From contig CAXMSP010000016.1 of NCBI GenBank assembly GCA_964196225.1, positions 15,036 through 79,035 on the forward strand: 64,000 nt of DNA, given 5' to 3'. The notes beneath the pieces were generated by a model that saw nothing but the letters and a program-made list of their open reading frames with translations, did no database searches and was not told where the DNA came from. Below are positions 43,897 to 51,679 of this stretch, in pieces; the stretch's first letter is position 1, and every line of letters begins with the position of its first letter. Source of the DNA: an uncultured Gammaproteobacteria bacterium (lineage in GTDB: Bacteria; Pseudomonadota; Gammaproteobacteria; GCA-001735895). Position numbers and translations under genes: made by a program.

Positions 43897-45417
43897 TCAG
43901 TCCTGATTATCCAGCCTTGATTTGGCGGTTGGGAAGCGCGTGACAAACTCAACACCGCCCACATCGAGAGGCATGAACACCAGTTTCGAAGAACGCTTGC
44001 GATTTTTTACGTCGAGCACCCAGTGCGGCAAAAACGGGTCAGTCGCGTCGGCGTGACTGCTATCCTCTCCAATCTCTAAACCAGAAATCAACTGCGGCTT
44101 CTTTGCCGCCTTCGAGCTGATTTCGATACTTGCGATCGGTGCCGAATATGACCACTCATGGCGCTTGCTAACTTGCTCTTCCGATTCCGATTCCGCAAGC
44201 TGGCACATCGGCTTGCCATTGATATCGACAATCTCGAGCTGCTCTTTATGAATATCACCATTGATCAGCTTAACGCTAAGCGAAATACAATATTCACGGT
44301 TGTCGATATTATTAAACACGATTGAGCCTTCAAAGCCCTTGGTGATCTCATTGACAAAATACAATCCCAGGCCTTTGCCGTGATGCTCGCGGATACGTCG
44401 AGACGAAAATCCGAGCTGGTAGATCTTGTCTTTTTCATCATCGTTGATTCTTGGACCGCGATTGTAGACTTCGAAAACAACCTCACCGCCACGTTGTGCC
44501 AGGCGTATCGAAACACTGCTGTGTCGATTCCTGTAAGCCTTTTGCTGGGTGTAAAAAATCGCATTGTTGAGCAGGTTTTCGATTAGTAGGACCATGTGGT
44601 TTTCATTGCCCAGCATTTCACCATCGGCCTGCAACAGGATCTTGAATTTTTCATCGCTATAGCTGCCGCGCTTCGGCCATTGCTGGTTTAAACCGAGCTG
44701 GTCGGGATTTTCAGTGATCGGTAGCAGCGCGCGTCGCAGTGCATGACTCATCATAAAGGTCGGCTGATAGGGAGCGGGTTCGCTACCGGTATCGTTCAGT
44801 AACGCCTGGAAATAATGTTCCTCACAGTCGTAAATTTGATTGGCGACATGCAGAGTAATGTTGTCGGTGGTGGATAGATCGAGCAAGTCCCATAGATAAA
44901 GCAAGCCGTCTGCGGCTTCACGATATTGCTGATCTTCTCCATCGTCACAGGTAAGCTGGGCGTGCTTAAGCGCCGTCTGAGCCTTGTCATAGCTGATCAC
45001 GCCATTGTGGCGCACCTCGGAGGCGATGTTCTTGAAGTGTAAAAATTTTTCATCGTATTCGATATATTCGAGCAGGCGTTCACTGATAAACATTTTCAGC
45101 TTGTCAGCATGATCGGAATAGGTGCGCGCGCGCGTTCCGAGTTCGCGCTTCGAATCAAACAGTTCGCTGATCTGCTCCTGGTGCTGCCTTAATTGTTCCT
45201 TGCAGCGGGCACTTGCTTTGAGAAAGCGCCAGACGTCAAAAGCCATCAATAGCACCAGTACCGCGCCCGCGATCAACAACCTATCCTGCTCGCGCATGGA
45301 TTCAGGCAGGGGATGCTCGGTGAACAGCGCGGCATTGGCCAACAGAAACTGCCAGGCGACGACCACCAGTGCCGCCAGGGTACTAGGCCATGGGTAATAA
45401 ATTCGAGCCGGTTTCAT
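43897..45417 (-). CDS. Atypical membrane-anchored GHKL (HATPase_c) kinase-like protein with a unique C-terminal domain
   Basis: It has two N-terminal TMs and a coiled coil. It has an N-box ENLLNNAIFYT, G1 YNRGPRI and G2 GKGLGLYFV. I see no canonical H-box; SHALRRALLP is a weak candidate. About 130 aa follow the ATPase domain. ATGA overlap with the regulator gene. Confidence 0.65.
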   Translation of the reverse strand: MKPARIYYPWPSTLAALVVVAWQFLLANAALFTEHPLPESMREQDRLLIAGAVLVLLMAFDVWRFLKASARCKEQLRQHQEQISELFDSKRELGTRARTYSDHADKLKMFISERLLEYIEYDEKFLHFKNIASEVRHNGVISYDKAQTALKHAQLTCDDGEDQQYREAADGLLYLWDLLDLSTTDNITLHVANQIYDCEEHYFQALLNDTGSEPAPYQPTFMMSHALRRALLPITENPDQLGLNQQWPKRGSYSDEKFKILLQADGEMLGNENHMVLLIENLLNNAIFYTQQKAYRNRHSSVSIRLAQRGGEVVFEVYNRGPRINDDEKDKIYQLGFSSRRIREHHGKGLGLYFVNEITKGFEGSIVFNNIDNREYCISLSVKLINGDIHKEQLEIVDINGKPMCQLAESESEEQVSKRHEWSYSAPIASIEISSKAAKKPQLISGLEIGEDSSHADATDPFLPHWVLDVKNRKRSSKLVFMPLDVGGVEFVTRFPTAKSRLDNQD

Positions 45418-46220
45418 TTGTTCTTGTTGCCGGGCGGCTTCCAGAAGTAAGCCCCTTCATCGCCAAAGGTGACAATCCCCTGGCCCTGGTTACATAGCTC
45501 ACTGAAGCTGGCCGTCCCGTCCTCAACCGCATCGAAAGCCCTTCGTAGCGTCTTGATATGCTGGCGGTAACTGGCATAGGAAAACTTTTCAAGATCCATG
45601 TCGAGCCGTTCCGCAATCTGTCCTGCAGTCAGCGGCCTGGGCGACGATTCCATCAGCTCACGCAACAGTTTTCTCGGCGTCGGCGCGAGTGGTCGCTTGG
45701 CGTTACTCGGATTCATCAGGCGCTGACCCTTCCAGTAGACATTCCAGGTATTCAAATCGATGGTCAGCTCGCCGCTGGTAATTATATTTAACGTGGTTGA
45801 TAAATCGGTATCGATCGACGCCTGCCTGAGTACCGCCTTGATACGCCAACACAAAACCTGCTCGACATTATGTTGATGCTTGGCAATAAAATCGGTGGCC
45901 GAAAATTGCTCCAGCGCTTCACGCTCGATCTCGGTACCGCTGTGTTCCGACAGGTAAATAATCGGTAAGCTCGGCCACTTCTTGCGTAACGCGTTGGAAA
46001 CAGAAAAGCCGGCCTGGTCATTGCCGTTCATGCGTGCATCGAGCAGCGCCACATCCGGAGGCGAATCCTTTTCGGTCAACGCGATCTTTTGCCGCGCGGC
46101 CTCGGCAAAATTATAAATTGCGAGCGAGTTCGGCTTACCGTCAAAGTCTTCGTTTTCGAGCACGGGAGAAAATTTCTTGATCCAGTGCGATTGATCTTCG
46201 ACCCAGAAAATAGCCGCCAT
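45414..46220 (-). CDS. OmpR/PhoB-type response regulator (REC plus winged helix)
   Basis: The REC domain has VALLDARM (the phospho-Asp), YLSEH and FIAKH. The C-terminus GELTIDLNTWNVYWKGQRL...LTAGQIAERL...HIKTLRRAF is Trans_reg_C-like. Confidence 0.75.
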   Translation of the reverse strand: MAAIFWVEDQSHWIKKFSPVLENEDFDGKPNSLAIYNFAEAARQKIALTEKDSPPDVALLDARMNGNDQAGFSVSNALRKKWPSLPIIYLSEHSGTEIEREALEQFSATDFIAKHQHNVEQVLCWRIKAVLRQASIDTDLSTTLNIITSGELTIDLNTWNVYWKGQRLMNPSNAKRPLAPTPRKLLRELMESSPRPLTAGQIAERLDMDLEKFSYASYRQHIKTLRRAFDAVEDGTASFSELCNQGQGIVTFGDEGAYFWKPPGNKNK

Positions 46221-46349
46221 CAGCGTGTCCAGTAAAGCTTTTTAAGCATAGATTTCAACAATATAGGCGCCTGCAAGGGCTACTGTGTGGCGCCTTAGAA
46301 TGTGCAATATTTCGAAATAAAACAGTGCCTTGCAGAAATTTATAGCTTT

Positions 46350-46377
46350 TTTTTCATGTTTTTCACCGATTTTTCAC
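46350..46377 (+). promoter_or_regulatory. Triple direct repeat TTTTTCA(Y), a candidate OmpR-type regulator site
   Basis: TTTTTCAT lies at 46350, TTTTTCAC at 46359 and TTTTTCAC at 46370, giving 9- and 11-bp phasing. The repeats are 50-77 nt upstream of the ATG at 46427, in the divergent intergenic region. Confidence 0.4.
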
Positions 46378-46426
46378 AACGCCTGCCTAAAGTCTTCTTA
46401 CATTTAGTAAAACTGAGGTTAATCCC

Positions 46427-46615
46427 ATGTTTACGGAAATTATAAAGGCCTGGTCAACCGTTCCCGGAATTACCGCAGCCCTTTGGTATAGCGGGTTTGT
46501 TGCGAAGAGGTATGGTTGGAGTATGGGTAGAAAGGCGTTCTTGCTGCACTATTTTACGGCGACACAAAGCCCGAAATTGGAGCATTACACACTTTCGATT
46601 GCCGACAATGAATAG
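46427..46615 (+). CDS. Small hypothetical protein (62 aa, one hydrophobic segment)
   Basis: GAGG lies 8 nt upstream of the ATG. It is the first gene of a three-gene plus-strand unit. Confidence 0.45.
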   Translation: MFTEIIKAWSTVPGITAALWYSGFVAKRYGWSMGRKAFLLHYFTATQSPKLEHYTLSIADNE

Positions 46616-46679
46616 CATTCCTGCAAAAGGCATCTATTCTCTATTATTCACGAACATAGATTAAATTAGGAAGCTCACC

Positions 46680-48080
46680 ATGAAGAGTTTTTACTTTTTA
46701 CCAGAAATGCCTGGTGTTTCAATCGCGGTCTGGATAGCAGCTAGCATGATTTTCCTGTTTTTTGCCAGGGAACCCGTGCATAAAATGATCCAGACTTTTT
46801 CTGATGCAACCGCCGGCGGCCTGAGAAAATTGGCCGAATGGACCAAAATTACAGCAGAGGCCATGCGCGAGAAGGACAGAAAAGTTCTACTGGAATCCGG
46901 GGTCGCCAAAATTCAGGGCGAAATACTTCAGGAATTCTCCAAAATTGATATGGCAAATACCAAAAGTCTTGCTGGGTATCCCAAATTACAATTAAAACTT
47001 GACGAAAACATCAGCCAACTTGAGACCGACTATAACGAATGCGGGCAAGTCACACCTGAAGCACCCGGATGGAGTGAAGTCGTCAAGAGTATCGCCAAGG
47101 TAAAGGGTTCGACTTCTGACCGGATTATCGAAGGTATGTTGGGCGAAATTCATAAATCTGCAGTTGAGGGAGAAAAGAAGGCCCTGTCTGAACTTCGCGA
47201 GGTTTCTGCAAAACGCCACAAGATACTGGGATCGATGGCACCGATCTGGAAGCGGGTTGAAAAACTGGGCAAAGAGATCAGTAGTCAGGTCGATAAGGTG
47301 ACGGAAAACAGTCGTAATATTCAAAAGTATATGACTCAGTACGAAAAAATTTCGGCTGCCGAGCCAGAATCGATCGATATGCTCTCCTCGAAGGTGACCA
47401 AGCTTTTTATCATCTCACTGATCGTCATCTGTGTGGGCCTTGTTGGCGCTTTTATCAACTTTAACCTGATAGCGCTGCCGATGTCTGAACTGGTACCTGC
47501 CGGAGTACGGGTAGCCGGAATGGCGGTATCAGAAATCTCCGCACTGGTCATTGTCGCGTTGGAACTGGTTTTGGGCATATTTCTATTTGAAGCAATAGGA
47601 GTAACCCACACCTTTCCTCAGATAGCCAATATGACTCGAGGCAAGCGTAAGATCATATTGTTTGGTTGTCTCTTAGGGCTTTTGTTTCTGTCTTCGGTAG
47701 AAGCGTCGCTCGCGATCCTGCGGGAAAACCTGGCCGAAGCCAAGAACGCTCTTGATATCAGCCTGGCCGGGGGATCGGCGACAGTTTCCGATGACATTAA
47801 CTCAAGAATTACTGTAATTGGACAAGCAATGCTCGGCTTTGTCCTGCCTTGGATACTGGCGGTAATCGCGATACCACTGGAAATGTTTATCGAGGCCAGC
47901 CAACATGCCTTCGCCAAGATGTATACCGTATTCATCACGTTGCTTTGCCATCTGGCTAATATGATCGCTTATCTAATCGAGGGATTCTTTAATATATTGG
48001 TGCACCTGTTTGACATCTACATCATTATCCCCGTACAGATCGCCAACATGGTTACCGGAAAACGCGTTAGCGCAAGCTAA
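46680..48080 (+). CDS. Hypothetical polytopic membrane protein with a ~200-aa helical soluble domain
   Basis: 466 aa with an AGGAAG RBS. It has an N-terminal TM, a charged coiled-coil-like region, and 5 or more TM segments in the C-terminal half. I recognise no family. Confidence 0.6.
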   Translation: MKSFYFLPEMPGVSIAVWIAASMIFLFFAREPVHKMIQTFSDATAGGLRKLAEWTKITAEAMREKDRKVLLESGVAKIQGEILQEFSKIDMANTKSLAGYPKLQLKLDENISQLETDYNECGQVTPEAPGWSEVVKSIAKVKGSTSDRIIEGMLGEIHKSAVEGEKKALSELREVSAKRHKILGSMAPIWKRVEKLGKEISSQVDKVTENSRNIQKYMTQYEKISAAEPESIDMLSSKVTKLFIISLIVICVGLVGAFINFNLIALPMSELVPAGVRVAGMAVSEISALVIVALELVLGIFLFEAIGVTHTFPQIANMTRGKRKIILFGCLLGLLFLSSVEASLAILRENLAEAKNALDISLAGGSATVSDDINSRITVIGQAMLGFVLPWILAVIAIPLEMFIEASQHAFAKMYTVFITLLCHLANMIAYLIEGFFNILVHLFDIYIIIPVQIANMVTGKRVSAS

Positions 48081-48094
48081 ACTAGGGAATTATT

Positions 48095-48766
48095 ATGGGA
48101 AATTTAATAAAGCGAATCCTGCTTGCGGTATCGATGGCAACGGTTGTTTCCGCCTGTACCGACAGTAAAGATTATGAAACATCATTCTGTGCATTGATGG
48201 ACATATCCGGCACTTACTCCGGTGAGAAGGCAAACGTGGCCAATATCATCAAGGCCGGCATCGTACCCGAAATGATTCCTGGCGATAGCCTGTTCTTTGT
48301 CAAGATCGACAGTAACAGCTACGCGGAAGAAAATCTGGTGACAAAACTGACCCTGGATTACAGGCCCACAAAAGCCAACACTCAAAAACTGGCAATTGCA
48401 AAAACACTGGACAAATTTGGCAGGGGTAAAGCCAAGTCCCGCCTTACCGATATCAGTGGCGCTTTAATGCTTTGCTCTGATTATCTAAAAGCGACCAAAT
48501 CCGGTACCCAGGTGATGTTCGTCTTTAGCGATATGAAAGAGGAACTGCCGGCGGGTGTGGTCCGCAATTTTGCCGAGGATGAATTTGACGGCATCGACAT
48601 CGCGGCCATGAATGTCATCAAGCTCACCGACGACAGCGCCAATCCGGAAGTCTACCGTAAGCGTATTAAAAAATGGAATCAGCGAATTGTTGATTCTGGC
48701 GCAAGAAGCTGGAACACGTTGATAGACGCGACCAAGATCCAGGAGTTTATCTATAACATTAAATAA
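48095..48766 (+). CDS. Lipoprotein with vWA-like (MIDAS) fold features
   Basis: It has a lipobox VVSAC. ALMDISGTYS fits DxSxS. The pattern LFFVKID, LTDISGAL and VMFVFSDM fits the vWA strand order. Confidence 0.5.
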   Translation: MGNLIKRILLAVSMATVVSACTDSKDYETSFCALMDISGTYSGEKANVANIIKAGIVPEMIPGDSLFFVKIDSNSYAEENLVTKLTLDYRPTKANTQKLAIAKTLDKFGRGKAKSRLTDISGALMLCSDYLKATKSGTQVMFVFSDMKEELPAGVVRNFAEDEFDGIDIAAMNVIKLTDDSANPEVYRKRIKKWNQRIVDSGARSWNTLIDATKIQEFIYNIK

Positions 48767-48824
48767 TTCTGTTCTAAGTGCCGTGACCTGCAATTAAATC
48801 ACTCCACGTTTTTCCTCTTGTCTA

Positions 48825-48849
48825 CCCCGCTTCGGCGGGGTTTTTTTTT
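48825..48849 (+). terminator. Rho-independent terminator after the three-gene unit
   Basis: CCCCGC-TTCG-GCGGGG followed by TTTTTTTTT. Confidence 0.85.
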
Positions 48850-48930
48850 ACCGGGATCAAACCTGTTCCGCTGATCGGATAAACCCATGTAATAAAGAAA
48901 TGCGCATAAGCTAACACCATGATTCCACTC

Positions 48931-48961
48931 TTGTACCTGTAGTAACTACAGGCTTTATAAT
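48931..48961 (+). promoter_or_regulatory. MerR-family-type promoter/operator of copA
   Basis: The -35 is TTGTAC (48931-36) and the -10 is TATAAT (48956-61), separated by a 19-nt spacer. The spacer contains the perfect 17-bp palindrome CCTGTAGTAACTACAGG (48936-52). Confidence 0.7.
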
Positions 48962-48995
48962 GATGTTAATTACTGGTTTCAATGTAGTGCGAACG

Positions 48996-51410
48996 ATGCA
49001 AGACCCTGACGATAGTCATGACCCCGCCCAACTGACTGACCCGGTTTGCGGCATGAAAGTGTCAACCGAAAGCGAATTCTCATTCCAGTTTGACGGCACC
49101 GAGTACTTTTTCTGTTGCCAGGGCTGCGCGCAAAAATTTAGCGCACAACCGGTCCAATACCTGAACGGCGAGGCTCAGAAACTAGCCGCAATGGAGGCAC
49201 CGATTCCTGGAGCGTTATACATCTGTCCTATGGACCCCGAGATCGAGCAAGACCATCCTGGTAGTTGCCCGATCTGTGGCATGGCACTCGAGGTCGCCGG
49301 CGCGCCGGTTTTGAATACCCGCACCGAATACACTTGCCCGATGCATCCCGAGATCGTGCAGGATGAGCCCGGTTTGTGTCCCAAATGCGGCATGGCGCTG
49401 GAGCCTCGTACTATCGAAGTCGAGGAAAAGAATGAAGAATTAATCGACATGATTCGACGCTTCTGGATCAGCGTCATGCTGGCATTGCCGGTATTCGGCC
49501 TTGCCATGGTGGCCGATCTGGCACCGGCTTTATTGCCGGATGGACTGACGATGAAAACGGTGCAATGGATCGAGTTTTTATTTGCCACGCCAGTAGTAAT
49601 GTGGTGCGGTTGGCCCTTCTTCGTGCGCGGTTGGCAATCGGTGAAGAGCTGGAATCTCAACATGTTTACGCTGATCGGTATCGGTGTCGGCGTGGCCTGG
49701 AGTTATAGCGTGGTTGCCTTGCTGTTTCCCGGAATCTACCCGGCAGACATGATGCATGCCGGCGGCACGGTCGCGGTTTACTTCGAGGCAGCAGCAGTGA
49801 TCACAACCCTGGTACTGCTGGGACAGGTAATGGAATTGCGCGCGCGCAGCCATACCAATGCGGCGATCAAACTGTTGCTTGGGCTGGCCCCGAACACGGC
49901 TCGAATTGTGCGCGATGATGGCAGCGAGGAAGACATCCCCATGGATCAGGTCTTGCCCGGCGATATTCTGCGCGTCCGGCCGGGAGAAAAAGTACCGGTC
50001 GACGGAGTTGTTACCAGAGGCACCAGCGCGGTCGATGAATCGATGGTCACCGGGGAATCGATACCGGTAGAAAAAAGCGATGGAGATACCCTGATTGGAG
50101 CAACCGTGAACGGCACCGGCAGTTTACTGATGCGTGCCGAAAAGGTAGGGGCAGATACGCTGTTGGCTCAGATCGTAACCATGGTTAGCGAAGCTCAGCG
50201 TTCGCGTGCACCGATCCAGAAGCTGGCAGATGTCGTGGCGGGGTATTTCGTTCCGACCGTGGTGCTGGTTGCGATCGTGACTATGATTGTCTGGGGCCTG
50301 GTCGGACCCGAGCCACGACTCGCCTATGCGATCATTAATGCAGTCGCGGTGCTTATTATTGCCTGTCCCTGTGCGCTCGGGCTGGCCACGCCGATGTCGA
50401 TCATGGTGGGCATGGGAAAGGGTGCGACGCTCGGGGTATTGATTAAGAACGCCGAGGCACTCGAAATCATGGAGAAAATCGATACCTTAATCGTCGATAA
50501 AACCGGCACACTAACCGAGGGCCATCCGCGCCTGGTCTCGATCCATACCTGCAACGACTTCGAGCAAGATACCGTTTTGCGTCTGGCCGCGAGTCTCGAG
50601 CGCGCCAGCGAGCATCCACTCGCGGAGGCCATTGTTCAGGGTGCAGAGGAGAAAGGCATTACGCTGACCAACACTGACCAGTTTGAGTCCATTACCGGAC
50701 AAGGCGTATCCGGAACTGTCGACAAACACCGGGTGGCATTGGGAAATCTTAAGTTGATGCAGACTTTAACGATCGATTTCAAAGACTTAAGCATTGTTGC
50801 AGACTCGGCTCGCGCACAGGGGCAGACAGTGATGCAGATTGCAATCGATGGGATCGCCGCTGGTCTTATCGGCGTGGCCGACCCGGTTAAGCAATCCACG
50901 CCCGAAGCCATACGCGATCTACACAATGAAGGCGTCAAGATTGTCATGCTGACCGGCGACAACCGTACCACCGCCATGGCGGTCGCTGACCAACTCAAAA
51001 TTGATCGCGTCGAGGCCGAGGTATCGCCCGATCAGAAGGCTGAAATTGTTAAAAAACTGCAGGCCGAAGGTCATATCGTTGCCATGGCCGGTGACGGCAT
51101 CAATGACGCCCCGGCACTGGCGCAGGCCCATGTCGGCATCGCCATGGAAAGTGCGGGCGTCACGCTAGTCAAGGGTGACCTGCGGGGTATCGTAAGGGCA
51201 CGGCGTCTGAGCCGGGCAACCATGCGCAATATTCGTCAGAACCTGTTCTTCGCTTTTGTATATAACTCGTTGGGCGTTCCGGTCGCAGCGGGCGTGTTGT
51301 ACCCTGTATTCGGCTTGCTGCTTTCTCCAATGATTGCCGCCGCAGCGATGAGTTTCAGTTCGGTGTCAGTTATCAGTAATGCGCTGCGTTTACGTAAAAA
51401 AAGGATCTAG
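48996..51410 (+). CDS. copA: Cu(I)-translocating P1B-type ATPase
   Basis: It has CPC in TM6, [15 protein letters not shown] (FAFVYN) and MSFSS, which are P1B-1 signatures. The N-terminus has a YHS/TRASH-like DPVCGMKV...FCCQGC motif and two YxCPMxPE...CPxCGM domains. The start at 48996 is chosen because the upstream ATGs overlap the -10. Confidence 0.9.
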   Translation: MQDPDDSHDPAQLTDPVCGMKVSTESEFSFQFDGTEYFFCCQGCAQKFSAQPVQYLNGEAQKLAAMEAPIPGALYICPMDPEIEQDHPGSCPICGMALEVAGAPVLNTRTEYTCPMHPEIVQDEPGLCPKCGMALEPRTIEVEEKNEELIDMIRRFWISVMLALPVFGLAMVADLAPALLPDGLTMKTVQWIEFLFATPVVMWCGWPFFVRGWQSVKSWNLNMFTLIGIGVGVAWSYSVVALLFPGIYPADMMHAGGTVAVYFEAAAVITTLVLLGQVMELRARSHTNAAIKLLLGLAPNTARIVRDDGSEEDIPMDQVLPGDILRVRPGEKVPVDGVVTRGTSAVDESMVTGESIPVEKSDGDTLIGATVNGTGSLLMRAEKVGADTLLAQIVTMVSEAQRSRAPIQKLADVVAGYFVPTVVLVAIVTMIVWGLVGPEPRLAYAIINAVAVLIIACPCALGLATPMSIMVGMGKGATLGVLIKNAEALEIMEKIDTLIVDKTGTLTEGHPRLVSIHTCNDFEQDTVLRLAASLERASEHPLAEAIVQGAEEKGITLTNTDQFESITGQGVSGTVDKHRVALGNLKLMQTLTIDFKDLSIVADSARAQGQTVMQIAIDGIAAGLIGVADPVKQSTPEAIRDLHNEGVKIVMLTGDNRTTAMAVADQLKIDRVEAEVSPDQKAEIVKKLQAEGHIVAMAGDGINDAPALAQAHVGIAMESAGVTLVKGDLRGIVRARRLSRATMRNIRQNLFFAFVYNSLGVPVAAGVLYPVFGLLLSPMIAAAAMSFSSVSVISNALRLRKKRI

Positions 51411-51420
51411 AGATATTGCT

Positions 51421-51678
51421 TTATTTGCAGGCCGCTGGTCGATGCGAAACCACGTTCACGTCTGCGCAGGCACTACAGGCGTTGGAATATGTTTTCAGTT
51501 CACTGCTTTTAAGCCGTGCACAGACCGGTGTGTAATCCATGGTGCAGATCTGGGGACGCGGTTCGACGCAAGCCGTCATTCGACCGTCGACAGGTACCGG
51601 CTTCGACGGACCAGTAGAGCAGGCGGCCAGTGACAGCAGTATTGATAACAGCAGCGGTCTGCTGAAATCCCGGGGCAT
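51421..51678 (-). CDS. Kazal-like cysteine-rich lipoprotein
   Basis: It has a lipobox LSLAAC. Six further Cys follow with the spacing C-x7-C-x7(TMDYTPV)-C-x10-YSNAC-x2-C-x12-C, which matches the Kazal pattern (YxPVC...TYxNxC). The ATG lies 1 nt after the stop of the upstream gene. Confidence 0.6.
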   Translation of the reverse strand: MPRDFSRPLLLSILLSLAACSTGPSKPVPVDGRMTACVEPRPQICTMDYTPVCARLKSSELKTYSNACSACADVNVVSHRPAACK

Positions 51679-51679
51679 T

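Noticed and set aside
48960-48995. Upstream ATG-ATG start for copA (the ORF-track start)
   Set aside because: These codons overlap the TATAAT -10 box of the MerR-type promoter. They would therefore lie upstream of, or at, the transcription start. The ATG at 48996 is used instead, though a GTG at 48987 is not excluded.
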